A stretch of DNA of 64,000 nucleotides from an uncultured Chthonomonadaceae bacterium (GTDB taxonomy: Bacteria; Armatimonadota; Chthonomonadetes; Chthonomonadales; Chthonomonadaceae). Positions 51,446 to 61,224 of the stretch are shown here, piece by piece. Under the pieces are notes generated by a model that was not told where the DNA came from, searched no databases, and saw only the letters and a list, made by a program, of their open reading frames with translations. The DNA lies in contig CAWFQB010000005.1 in NCBI GenBank assembly GCA_963817895.1, positions 352,001 to 416,000 on the forward strand, given 5' to 3'. Position 1 is the first letter of the stretch. The number at the start of each line of letters is the position of its first letter. A program made the translations under genes and the position numbers.

Positions 51446-54400
51446 ATGCTGCAGCAGACATGGCGCATTGAAATGTTTGCGGGGTTGAAAGCGCGACAGG
51501 GCGAGCATCTCGTGTCGCGCTTCCGCACACAGAAGACCGGCGAATTGCTGGGGTATCTGGCCTGCTTTCCTGAACGCGCCCATCCACGCGAGGAACTGAT
51601 CGAACGTTTGTGGCCGGACGATGAGACGGACAGCGCCCGTACAAAACTCCGCATGGCACTGAGTTCCCTGCGCCGCCAACTGGAAGCGCAAAAATCCTCC
51701 GGTTGCGTATTGTTCGCCGAGCGCGACAGTATCCGCCTGAACCCCGACGCCTTCACCAGTGATGTGGCCGATTTCGAGAGGGCTTTGCAGTCGGCGGCGC
51801 AGGCGATGCCGGGGGAAGCGCAGGCGCGGTTTCTGGCGCAGGCATGCGCGGAGTATCGGGGCGAATTCCTGCCCGGATGCTATGAAGAGTGGGCGCAAAC
51901 AGAACGCGGACGCCTGGCCGGACTGCATCTTCGCGCGCTGACAAATCTGGCCGACCTGCTGGAACAACTCGGCGATTTTGATGGCGCGTTTGATTACGCG
52001 CTGCGGGCTATAAGCCTGGACCCTTTACAGGAAGCCTCCCATCTGACTCTGATGCGGCTGTATCTGCGCTGCGGACAGCCCGCCGCCGCCCTGCGGCAGT
52101 ATCAGCAATTGGAACGCGCCCTGCGAGACGCGTTGGGAATGTCGCCTTCGTCAATCGCGCAATCGCTGGCCGCGTCGCCTTTCACGCCGGCCCCCTCTGT
52201 TACGCCCCCCATATTTCCGTCTGAGCCGATTTCTCCGCCTGCAATTCTTTCCATATCCAAACCTGTGCAGCCGGATTCTTCTCCTGCCACGTCCCTCCTG
52301 TCCCGCCTGCCTGTTGTTCTGACGCGCTTTTTCGGGCGCGAAGCGGAGCTGCGAAACATTCTGGAACTGCTGCAATTGCAGGCGGGAGAAGCGGAGGACA
52401 CGCCCCGTCTGGTCACGCTCACCGGCCCCGGCGGAGCGGGCAAGACTCGCCTCGCGGTCGAGATTGGCCGCCGCTTCGTTGCGGCAGGCAAACAGGGCGC
52501 GTGTTTCGTGCCGCTTGCCGAGGTTACGCAGGCCGGTCACATTATGGAGGCCATCGCCCGCTGCATGGAACTGCCCCCACTGCCGCAAAATTTGCAGGGG
52601 GAACCATCCGGGGAAGAACAGAACCGATTGCGGCAAATCGCGGACGCGGCGGGAAATCAGCCACTCCTGCTGATACTGGATAACTTCGAGCAGATTGCGG
52701 GCGAAAGCGCGGAGCGTGTCCTGACGCTTTTGCAGGCCGCGCCGACGCTGCAATGCCTGGTCACATCCCGGCATCATCTGGGGCTGACGGGTGAACGGAT
52801 TTATCCGACGCTCTCCCTGTCATTGGCTGGCAGCCGCCAGTTGTTCGTGGATCGCGCGCAGGCGGTGAAGCCGGATTTTCAAATCACGCCGGGTAATGCC
52901 GCCGCCATCGAAGCCCTGTGCGTCCGTCTGGAGGGTATTCCGCTCGCTCTGGAACTGGCGGCAGGATGGGCGCTGACCCTGACTCCCGCCCGGATGCTGG
53001 CGCGATTGGAAGACCGATTCACGATGTTGGTCAGCCGCAAAAACGATTTGTCGGCGCGGCATCGAACCCTGCGCGCGGCGATTGCGTGGAGTTACGATCT
53101 GCTGCCCCCCGAATTGCAGTGGTTTTTTGCCGCGCTTGCCGTGTTTCGGGGCGGGTGGAGCGTGGAAGCGGCGCAGGCGGTGTGTGGGGGGGAACACGCG
53201 CTGGAATATTTGCAACTGCTGCGGGAACGGTCGCTGATACTGGCGGAGGAGAGCCACGAAACCCTGCGCTTTTCCATGCTGGAGTCGCTGCGGGAATTCG
53301 CGGGAGCAGGTTGGCGCAAGTCGGCAAAACGAACTGGAAGCGCGGCACGGCGCGTTTTTCCTGAAGTGGGCGCAGGATGCCGACGCGAATATTTCCGGCG
53401 CGGGGCAAAGCGACAGTCTGGCGCGTTTGGAGGCCGAGCATGACAACCTGCGTAAAGCGTTGGCGTGGGCCGAAAGCGCGGAGCAGACTGCCGCCTCGCC
53501 CGAAATGGCTTTGCAGTTCACGGCGGCATTATGGTTTTTCTGGAGTGTGCGCGGCCATCTGACGGAGGGGCGCGAACGTCTGGCGCGTGTTTTGGAGCGG
53601 GCTTTACATGACAGGGATACGCCAACGCGCGCGCTGTTCGACAGCCTGAACGGAGCCGGCAATCTGGCGCACATGCAGGGCAACTACAAACAGGCCGAAT
53701 ATTACCGCGACAGGGCTGTTGAAACGGCGGTTCAGTTGGGTGATAAACCCCTTGCGGCGGTGGCGCGGGTCAACAGGGCGTGTGGACTGATGAACGCGGG
53801 CAAACCGGAGGAGGCGCGCGGGCTGTTTATGCAGGTTCTGGCGGATGCGCGGCAAGCGGGGGACGGACGCATTGCCGCTGCCGCCCTGACCAACCTTGCC
53901 AATATTGCTACCGACCGTGCGGACTACGCGGAAGCGCAGGCCTTGCTGGAAGAGAGTCTGGCGCTGCGGCGAATATCGGGCGACAAACGCGCGTTGGGCA
54001 TTACGCTGCTGAATCTGGCGAACGCGTTGCACTATCAGGGCGAACGCGAAGAGGCGCTGGAACTCATCGAGGAGTCGCTTGCGATACGGCGGCAACTGGG
54101 TGACAAACGCGCCATTGCCAACGCGCTGTACAATCTGGGACAAATGGCGCAGGGCAGCGGAGATACCGTTCGCGCCCGTCACTGTCAAATAGAGAGTTTG
54201 CAGTTGCGGCGCGAACTGGGGGATAAGGATGGTATTGCGTGTTCGCTGGATGCGTTCGCGCATTTACTATTGGAAATGCAGCCCCAACGCGCCGCGATGC
54301 TGTACGGAGCGTCTGCCGCTATTCGTCAGGAGATCGGGCGAACGCTTCCCGCCAACGAGCAGGAGGAGCGCGACGCCTGCCGCCATAAACTCGCCGCCCA

Positions 54401-54512
54401 TCTGGGTGAAACGGAACTGGCCCGATTAGAAGCGCGGGGCAGCCGCAAAACTCTGGAACAGGCGTTGGAGTTGGCGCGGATGGAGGAACACGAACAGAAC
54501 GCGGCAAAATAG
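51446..54512 (+). CDS. AfsR/SARP-like regulator: wHTH-BTAD-STAND NTPase-TPR (frameshift near 53310-53335)
   Basis: HPREELIERLWP, SDVADFE, RFFGRE, GPGGAGKTRLA, LILDNFEQ and LEGIPLALELAA; second ORF EHDNLR.AL.W plus TPRs. Confidence 0.9.
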
Positions 54513-54552
54513 GTCGGGAAATGATAGTTCGGAAAATTGTCGCAAAATTTGC

Positions 54553-54611
54553 TGAAACAGACGGTTGAAACGCGGTTCTGAGACGCTGTTGATACGGCGG
54601 GGTTCTAAACT
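54553..54611 (+). promoter_or_regulatory. Putative SARP-dependent promoter
   Basis: TGANAC direct repeats at 54553, 54566, 54579 and 54590; TAAACT -10 box at 54606. Confidence 0.55.
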
Positions 54612-54734
54612 GACGCTGGTTGGGACGAAAGAAGCGTGGGGGCGATGCACCCGGCAGTATGATTGCCGCGCCCCGCGCTTCCCATTTGTCCTGCCGGCGT
54701 CTTTTTCCTGTACTCTCGAAAGGAGTCCCGACCC

Positions 54735-55535
54735 ATGTTTTCACGTTTTCACAACATTGGCTTTGGAATAGCCGCGTTGGGCGCGCTCGCCCTGTCTGTC
54801 CTTCCACAAAATGCCCGCGCGCAGGTGTACTACGATACCGATGGCGACACGATCAACACCAACATCAACACCTTCGCCTATGCCGGAAATACCAACACCA
54901 GCCCCTTCACTATCAACCTTGTCGCGGGCGGGCAGGCTGACAGTATTGCTCTCTTCAACAATGCCTCCCTGAACATGACCGGGGGTGAGACAGGCAGTAT
55001 CTCTGGAGATGGCTTTGCAACCGGCATGGGAAACAAAAACAACATTACCATATCAGACGGCGTGGTGAGCGGCGCGGTCTATGGCGGCAGTTACGGATCG
55101 CATCTCACAATCACGGGCGGCACAGTTCAAGATGTTTATGCAAGTCAATACGTGGGGGGCATCTTCACCATGCGCGGCGGCAGCGTGGGACATTACCTTG
55201 AGTTTAATAATGTCGGAGATGTCGGCAACATCTACGGCGGCACGCCTGGTCCCTATATCATTGTCCTTGACGGCGCCACGCTGAACCTGTACGGCACGAA
55301 TTTGCTGGCGACGCTTCTTCGCGCGGATAACATATCCTCTGACTATCAACTCAGCGGTGAACTGCAAGATGGTACACCTCTTGTTGTCTCCGACCTTGCT
55401 GTATACAATGGCGGCGTCGTCAACCTTATCTCGACCGATACGCCCGCTGTTCCCGAACCCGGCTCTGTCGCGCTGCTTATTGGCATGGCGACAACGGGCG
55501 CGGGCTTCCTTGTCCGTCGCAAATGTCGCGTGTAG
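54735..55535 (+). CDS. PEP-CTERM surface protein with Gly-rich beta-helix-like repeats
   Basis: Signal peptide ending ARA; repeated lxxxGG turns; VPEPGSVALL, TM helix and RRK. Confidence 0.92.
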   Translation: MFSRFHNIGFGIAALGALALSVLPQNARAQVYYDTDGDTINTNINTFAYAGNTNTSPFTINLVAGGQADSIALFNNASLNMTGGETGSISGDGFATGMGNKNNITISDGVVSGAVYGGSYGSHLTITGGTVQDVYASQYVGGIFTMRGGSVGHYLEFNNVGDVGNIYGGTPGPYIIVLDGATLNLYGTNLLATLLRADNISSDYQLSGELQDGTPLVVSDLAVYNGGVVNLISTDTPAVPEPGSVALLIGMATTGAGFLVRRKCRV

Positions 55536-55680
55536 GCGTGTTCTGGTTTACAGACCGGGGACACAGGGACTTGACAGAGGAGAAGAGTAGGGCAAGCATC
55601 CGGCGACACGCTTTGCCGCGCCCTCCTCTTCCCTCTGCTCGACCACCGGCATGTTCGCGTTACGGAAGGGAGGTTTGGAC

Positions 55681-56310
55681 ATGTTGAAGCGTTACAAAGC
55701 AAGTGTCGCGTTTGCCTGCGCTGCAATTGGGGGAGTGTGCTGTCCGGCTCAATCGCAGGTGATTTACCAATCTGCGATTGCAGGACCACTGGCGAATACA
55801 GGCTTGTTCGTGGATAACAGTCAAATTCTCGGTGTCCGTTTTACCACGACGCAGGCGTATCGTGTCACCAACATCCGTTTCAATGTCTCAGGCAACGGCA
55901 CACTGTTCGCTGCCATCAACCCCCTTAACGCTGCCACTCCGTTTCCTGCCAATCGGAACTTGAGCGACGCCGTGTTTGCCACAACCTTTACGCCTGCCGG
56001 TGGCGTCAGTTCTGTTCTCGCCATTCCCGCTCACGCTGTTTTGTTCCCCGGAACGTACTCGCTGCTTATCGGGTCGGGGTTGTTTGGGGCCACCGGGAAT
56101 GGATTGGCTCCCTCCAATGCCACCGACATCGGAACGCCCCGTTACTTTTATTCCAATTTGAACGGATTTATTGACGGCGGGTTTTCGTCCGCGCTGTTTG
56201 AAGTGGAGGGCGTACCCACCGTTCCCGAACCCGGCAGCGTCGCATTGCTCACGGGAATAGCCGTCACGGGCGCGGCCCTCCTTGCCCGCCGCAAACGCGG
56301 GAATAGTTGA
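55681..56310 (+). CDS. PEP-CTERM surface protein
   Basis: GGAGG RBS; signal peptide; VPEPGSVALL, TM helix and RRKR. Confidence 0.92.
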   Translation: MLKRYKASVAFACAAIGGVCCPAQSQVIYQSAIAGPLANTGLFVDNSQILGVRFTTTQAYRVTNIRFNVSGNGTLFAAINPLNAATPFPANRNLSDAVFATTFTPAGGVSSVLAIPAHAVLFPGTYSLLIGSGLFGATGNGLAPSNATDIGTPRYFYSNLNGFIDGGFSSALFEVEGVPTVPEPGSVALLTGIAVTGAALLARRKRGNS

Positions 56311-56548
56311 CTTCTTTATCGCGGGTTTCGCGGTTCCTCTCCTCTTTTCTATTCCTTCTCTGTGAAGCGCGGCAATCTTTTCCATGCCCGACCAGTCGAC
56401 TCGGAAGGAACGGCGTCACGGAAATGCAGCGGCGTTCCCCCGATTTTAGATTATTTGGAACCTTCGCTGATTCAGACGTACTTACTACTATACGGCAGTT
56501 TTGCAAATACGACTATTAGACCGTCAAAGTAGAATGGTAGGGTACGTG

Positions 56549-56628
56549 GTAGGGGTTCTGCTTGCTGAACCCTCCTCGAAACAGGCGCAACTATGTACAA
56601 TGCAGGGCGCAGCAAGCAGCGCCCCTAC
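56549..56628. repeat. Inverted REP doublet (REPIN-like)
   Basis: GTAGGGGTTCTGCTTGCTGAACCCT and reverse-complement GTAGGGGCGCTGCTTGCTGCGCCCT. Confidence 0.78.
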
Positions 56629-56673
56629 CTTACTGTTCTATCTTATATGGTGTACTATCATAGGAGAAACAGC

Positions 56674-57702
56674 ATGGAGTTTCGGCAATTGGGCGCGTCC
56701 GGGTTTCGGGTTCCCGCCCTTAGTCTTGGCACGGGGACGTTTGGCGGGCAGGGCGACTTCTTCAAGGCGTGGGGCGGCAGCGATGTGGACGAAGCGACCC
56801 GGCTCATAGATATTTGTCTGGAAGCCGGACTGTCCATGTTCGACAGCGCGGACATCTATTCGGGCGGATTGGCGGAGGAGATACTGGGCAAGGCCATTGC
56901 CGGACGGCGCGATCAGGTGATTATCTCCACGAAAGCCACGTTTCGTATCGGTTCCGGTCCCAACGACGTGGGTTCCTCGCGCTGGCATCTGATACGGGCG
57001 TGTGAGAGCAGCCTGAAACGGTTGGGAACCGACTACATTGACTTGTTCCAACTGCACGGTTTCGATGCCGTCACGCCGGTTGAAGAGACATTAAGCGCGT
57101 TGGATGATCTGGTGAAGGCCGGGAAGATACGCTACATCGGCTGTTCCAACTTTTCCGGCTGGCATCTGATGAAATCGCTTGCCGTTTCGGAAAAGTACGG
57201 GCAGGCGCGTTACGTGGCGCATCAGGCATACTATTCGCTTATCGGGCGCGAGTACGAATGGGAACTCATGCCTTTGGGAGTTGACCAGAAGGTAGGCGCG
57301 GTGGTGTGGAGTCCGCTGGGTTGGGGACGGCTCACGGGCAAAATACGCCGCAATCAGCCTCTGCCCGAAACAAGCCGTCTGCACACGACAGCCGAGGCCG
57401 GCCCACCCGTTGCTGACGAGTATTTGTATCGCGTGGTGGACGCGCTGGACGCCATTGCCGCAGAAACGGGCAAAACCGTGCCGCAAATCGCCCTCAACTG
57501 GCTGCTGCAACGGCCTACGGTCGCCAACGTCATCATCGGGGCGCGTAACGAAGAACAGTTACGCCAGAATTTGGGCGCGGTCGGCTGGAATTTGACGCCG
57601 GAGCAAGTCGCTCAACTCGACGAGGCCAGCAAGGTCACGCGCATCTATCCCTACTGGCATCAGGCGGGCTTTGCGGAGCGCAATCCCTTCCCCACCGCCT
57701 GA
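56674..57702 (+). CDS. Aldo/keto reductase
   Basis: RQLG.SG..V..L.LGT, FDSADIY, SLKRLGTDYIDL.QLH, GKIRYIGCSN and WSPLG.G.L.GK. Confidence 0.95.
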   Translation: MEFRQLGASGFRVPALSLGTGTFGGQGDFFKAWGGSDVDEATRLIDICLEAGLSMFDSADIYSGGLAEEILGKAIAGRRDQVIISTKATFRIGSGPNDVGSSRWHLIRACESSLKRLGTDYIDLFQLHGFDAVTPVEETLSALDDLVKAGKIRYIGCSNFSGWHLMKSLAVSEKYGQARYVAHQAYYSLIGREYEWELMPLGVDQKVGAVVWSPLGWGRLTGKIRRNQPLPETSRLHTTAEAGPPVADEYLYRVVDALDAIAAETGKTVPQIALNWLLQRPTVANVIIGARNEEQLRQNLGAVGWNLTPEQVAQLDEASKVTRIYPYWHQAGFAERNPFPTA

Positions 57703-57772
57703 ATAAAACGGCAGCCGTGAGGAAACAAAAATTGCGCCGGAACTAAGTGGACGCCCGGTTGAGGACTATTTA

Positions 57773-57892
57773 GAGCTTATCCCAACAGGCGATTGCATTT
57801 GCGTCCGAAGGAGGACATAACATGTTATGTCCCTACGCCGCAGGCCACTCAGACGGGTACGTTCTCTGTACCCGGCCTATTGGGATAGGCTC
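57773..57892. mobile_element. 120-bp MITE with IS5-family-like ends and a 3-bp TTA duplication
   Basis: TTA|GAGCTTATCCCAACAGGC...GCCTATTGGGATAGGCTC|TTA; TIRs match at 16/18. Confidence 0.8.
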
Positions 57893-58633
57893 TTAACCAT
57901 TGCCGCCTGTTCGGAGGTAATCCACGAAGTACGGGGGAAGCCCTGCGGCTACGAGACGAGAGCAGGCCGCTTCGACATCGTAAGCAAGCCGCGCCTGCTC
58001 TACCTGTATGTCCGGGCCGTCAATGGTCAGGATACAGTAACCGGCGCGGCTATCGCCGTCTTTCGGGCGTCCCACGCTGCCAGTATTCACGAAGTCCACG
58101 CCCTCCACAACGCGATGGTAAGGAACATGCGTATGCCCGAAGATGATGATGTCGGCGTGAGCGTCCCGCTTTCCATCCGGCGTAAACTGCTTTAGATAAC
58201 CATCCGAGCGGTTCTCAAAAAGATACTCCGTGTTCGATACAGGGGAGCCGTGACACAGCAGGACTTTCCGACCATCCACCTCCAGCCTGATTTCTCGCGG
58301 CAGTTCACGGAGCCATGCTTTGTTCGCGTCCGTCGTGTGTTCGCGCGTCCACAAAAACGAGAGGTTGCTCATCTCAATGTCGAAAGGCTTCACGTAGTGG
58401 CAGCCGCAGTCATTGAGATTGAAGCCCACGCCCTCATCATAGTTTCCGAGGATTGTGGGGCAGTCCATTGCCTGTATTACGGCCTGCGCTTCGTTTGGCT
58501 GAGAAGCGTAACCGCCCACATCGCCCAGACAGTAGACGCCATCGTAGCCGCCCGCTCTGATATGCGCCGCAACTGTTTCCATCGCGGGCAGGTTGGCGTG
58601 AATGTCGGAAAAAATTGCCAGTCGCGTCGCCAT
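57893..58633 (-). CDS. Metallophosphoesterase (YfcE-like)
   Basis: SDIHAN, CLGDVGGY, GNYD, HGSP, GHTH and NTGSVGRPKDGD; extra DCGCHY motif. Confidence 0.9.
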   Translation of the reverse strand: MATRLAIFSDIHANLPAMETVAAHIRAGGYDGVYCLGDVGGYASQPNEAQAVIQAMDCPTILGNYDEGVGFNLNDCGCHYVKPFDIEMSNLSFLWTREHTTDANKAWLRELPREIRLEVDGRKVLLCHGSPVSNTEYLFENRSDGYLKQFTPDGKRDAHADIIIFGHTHVPYHRVVEGVDFVNTGSVGRPKDGDSRAGYCILTIDGPDIQVEQARLAYDVEAACSRLVAAGLPPYFVDYLRTGGNG

Positions 58634-58657
58634 AAAATCATACTCCTTGACCAGCCT

Positions 58658-59383
58658 TTACCGTGTAGCATGAGCCGTACCCTCAATCGCGTCCAGCGCG
58701 TCGGCTATGTCGTTGGGCGCGCTCTGCGCGTGGTGTTCCCCGCCCCGAATACTCTCATACAGCAGGGAAGCCGCAACCGCGCCAATCACCGGGCCAACCA
58801 CATACACCCAGTAGACGGACAGGGCAGCCATGCCACTGAAAAGCGCGGGGCCGAGCGAACGCGCCGGGTTCATGCTGCCGCCCGTAATCGCGCCGCCGAT
58901 CAGCACGTCAAAGACAACCGTAAGCCCAATCGCCAGACCGGGAACCGCGCCGTTTGCCCGCTTGTCGGTTGCAACCGCAATGATAACGAGCATGAGGAAA
59001 AACGTCAAAATGGCTTCCACGCCCACCGCGCGCAAAATCGGGCCGCTTACGGGAATGTGAACGCCATGCCCACCCCCGAACAGAAGCGCGACAACTCCCG
59101 CCGCCGCAATGCCGCCCGCGAATTCCGCGATCCAGTAGGGCAGGACGTACTTCCACGAAAAACGGCGGGCAACGGCAAAGCCCAGCGTTACGGCGGGGTT
59201 GAAGTGCGCCGAAGAGATGTGGCCGAGCGCGTAGATCATGGCAAGCACAGCCAGCCCGGAAACCCACGCGGCGGCCATCAAACTACTGTCCGCGCCCGGA
59301 AAATACCCCGCTGCCGAAAGCGCGACCGGGGCGAACACGATCCCGAACGTGCCGATGAATTCCGCGACGCAACGTCGCATCAT
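58658..59383 (-). CDS. MIP family channel (aquaporin/aquaglyceroporin)
   Basis: AEFIGTF, HISSAHFNPAVT and GGSMNPARSLGPA. Confidence 0.95.
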   Translation of the reverse strand: MMRRCVAEFIGTFGIVFAPVALSAAGYFPGADSSLMAAAWVSGLAVLAMIYALGHISSAHFNPAVTLGFAVARRFSWKYVLPYWIAEFAGGIAAAGVVALLFGGGHGVHIPVSGPILRAVGVEAILTFFLMLVIIAVATDKRANGAVPGLAIGLTVVFDVLIGGAITGGSMNPARSLGPALFSGMAALSVYWVYVVGPVIGAVAASLLYESIRGGEHHAQSAPNDIADALDAIEGTAHATR

Positions 59384-59412
59384 GCCGTTGTTTATAGTGG
59401 CTCTTGCGCCGG

Positions 59413-59958
59413 TCAGCAACAGCCTGTCCCGCAGCAGCCTGACGTTTCGCCTTGCGCCATCGGAAGAAGCGTGGGAACACACAACTCTTTCGCGAGACAA
59501 TCAGTATGCTTGTAGCCGAGAGTTAGAATGACTGCTTCGGCGGTAACGCTATGGCCTGTCACCGGGTACTGCGAAATGGTCACGTCCTCATACTCAACTT
59601 CTAAGTCAAGGTCTTGATCTTCCGGCAAAACCCTTCTCGCCAGATTCAGCACATCGGCCATTTTGCCCGCGTACAGGCGGTGGTCGGTGTCCGGCCCGAG
59701 CCATACTTGCAGTTGGCAGGTATGCGTGGCGTGAAGTTTCCCGCCGCAATCAATAAATCGCTTCTGCATATACGCGACTTCGGTAATGTGAAAAGCAACG
59801 GGAACCGCTTTCCGGTCGGGCAGGACAAGGCGAAACTGCTTTTCGCGGTGCGCTTCCAGCAGCGCCCTGAACGCGCTGAGTTTCATCACGCCGTTTTCGT
59901 CGGGCGTATCGTTGGTTTCCGGTCGTCGTGCCGTAAGGGGTATTGTTTCCGTCATCAT
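59413..59958 (-). CDS. DUF6428-like protein with a Cys-rich tail
   Basis: FHITEV...FIDCGG, LQVW..D.DHRL, EVEYE, K.TDCLAKE.C; ends GCCGTGCC. Confidence 0.75.
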   Translation of the reverse strand: MMTETIPLTARRPETNDTPDENGVMKLSAFRALLEAHREKQFRLVLPDRKAVPVAFHITEVAYMQKRFIDCGGKLHATHTCQLQVWLGPDTDHRLYAGKMADVLNLARRVLPEDQDLDLEVEYEDVTISQYPVTGHSVTAEAVILTLGYKHTDCLAKELCVPTLLPMAQGETSGCCGTGCC

Positions 59959-60037
59959 TGTGCTTCCTATAGTGGTTGGTTGTTGGGTGTTGATTGCTGC
60001 CGGTATGGATTTTCCGCTCGGAGCTTGTCTTTGTCCG

Positions 60038-60406
60038 TCAGCAGCAGGGACCGCCTGCGTTTTTATCCAAAATTACGCCTGACAGATAGGCCGCAAGCGC
60101 GGCGACGGCTTCCCGGTTCACGCCGCAAATCATGTTCTTGCCCCGGCGCTCGACCGTGATAAGTCTAGCAAGGCGTAGCTCTTTCAGGTGATGCGAAATT
60201 TTTGAGTTGATCTGTTCCGCGCCGGTGACATGGCAGCAGACTTCCCCCACTGTCGGGCCGGAAACGGGGCGCACATCGCCGCTCTCTTCCACCGCTACCG
60301 GTTCGCAGCACGAGCGCAGAAACTCGAAAATATGTAAGCGCGTTGGATCGCCCAACGCTTTGAACATGGCAGCCGCGTCCAGCCCCTCGTTCTCAAGTCG
60401 TATCAT
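60038..60406 (-). CDS. arsR: ArsR/SmtB family metalloregulator
   Basis: FKALGDPTRL.I and ISHHLKELR.A.LI...RRG; Cys pairs SCC, VCC and terminal CC. Confidence 0.9.
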   Translation of the reverse strand: MIRLENEGLDAAAMFKALGDPTRLHIFEFLRSCCEPVAVEESGDVRPVSGPTVGEVCCHVTGAEQINSKISHHLKELRLARLITVERRGKNMICGVNREAVAALAAYLSGVILDKNAGGPCC

Positions 60407-60409
60407 TCG

Positions 60410-60493
60410 TTTTCTCGTTTCGTGAAATGTTGTAATGAATGTACCCTGACGAACCTTTATCTGTCAAGGACATTTCTAAAATTGCAGAAATGT
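60410..60493 (-). promoter_or_regulatory. arsR promoter with candidate operator palindromes
   Basis: Minus-strand TTGACA(60467-60462)-N18-TACATT; palindrome ACATTTCT-N8-AGAAATGT at 60470-60493; degenerate copy just downstream of the -10. Confidence 0.6.
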
Positions 60494-60518
60494 TTTCAAG
60501 AAGAGAAAGGTATAAAAG

Positions 60519-61151
60519 ATGAACTATCTGACATTGGGCGACTCGATCAGCATTGACGAATATACTGAAGTGGAGGGCGGTGGGGCGGTGAAGCAGTTCG
60601 CGCGGCTGATACGCGCGGCTGACGTTCAGGATTTTACGCAGGATGGGCGGACAACAAATGGCGTTCTTGCGGATTTGGAGCGCGTTGGGCTTGCGCCCGA
60701 TATAGTCACGCTGACCATTGGCGGCAACGACTTTTTGCAGGCCGTGTTTCGCCACGCCGAGCCGACCGGATTTGTTCCGCCCGATTACTGGACCGAAATG
60801 GCGCAGCCCATTCTTGCCAACCTGAACCGTATCGCCCTGTTGCTGGCTCAATTTCATTGTCCCGTGATTTTGAACACCGTTTACGACCCGACGGACGGCG
60901 AGGATACGCTTTTCGCGCAGATTGGCGTTCCTCCTCCGGCGCGGCAGGCGTTCGACACGCTGAACGGCGGTATCAAATCGCTGGCGCAAACGCATGGCTT
61001 TCTGCTGTCCGATCTGGAAACGCTGTTTCACGGACACGGCCTGCGGTCGCGCGACAGTTGGTTTGTTATGAACATCGAACCGAATTATGGGGGCGCGACC
61101 GCCATTGCCCGTCACTGGTTTCAACTGTTTCGCGCTTCAGGCAGGATTTAA
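60519..61151 (+). CDS. SGNH/GDSL hydrolase
   Basis: LGDSIS block I; TIGGND block III; block V reads IEPN rather than DxxHPN. Confidence 0.82.
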   Translation: MNYLTLGDSISIDEYTEVEGGGAVKQFARLIRAADVQDFTQDGRTTNGVLADLERVGLAPDIVTLTIGGNDFLQAVFRHAEPTGFVPPDYWTEMAQPILANLNRIALLLAQFHCPVILNTVYDPTDGEDTLFAQIGVPPPARQAFDTLNGGIKSLAQTHGFLLSDLETLFHGHGLRSRDSWFVMNIEPNYGGATAIARHWFQLFRASGRI

Positions 61152-61224
61152 TACGTCTTTGTCGAAAAGTGTAGAGCGTAGCGCAGCAACACTGCTGCGC
61201 GAAATTTCAGAAACAGGAATTCGT

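Noticed and set aside
35594..54512. STAND proteins as Avs-type antiphage NLRs
   Set aside because: Their N-termini are wHTH-BTAD transcription activator domains, not nuclease, TIR or other effector domains
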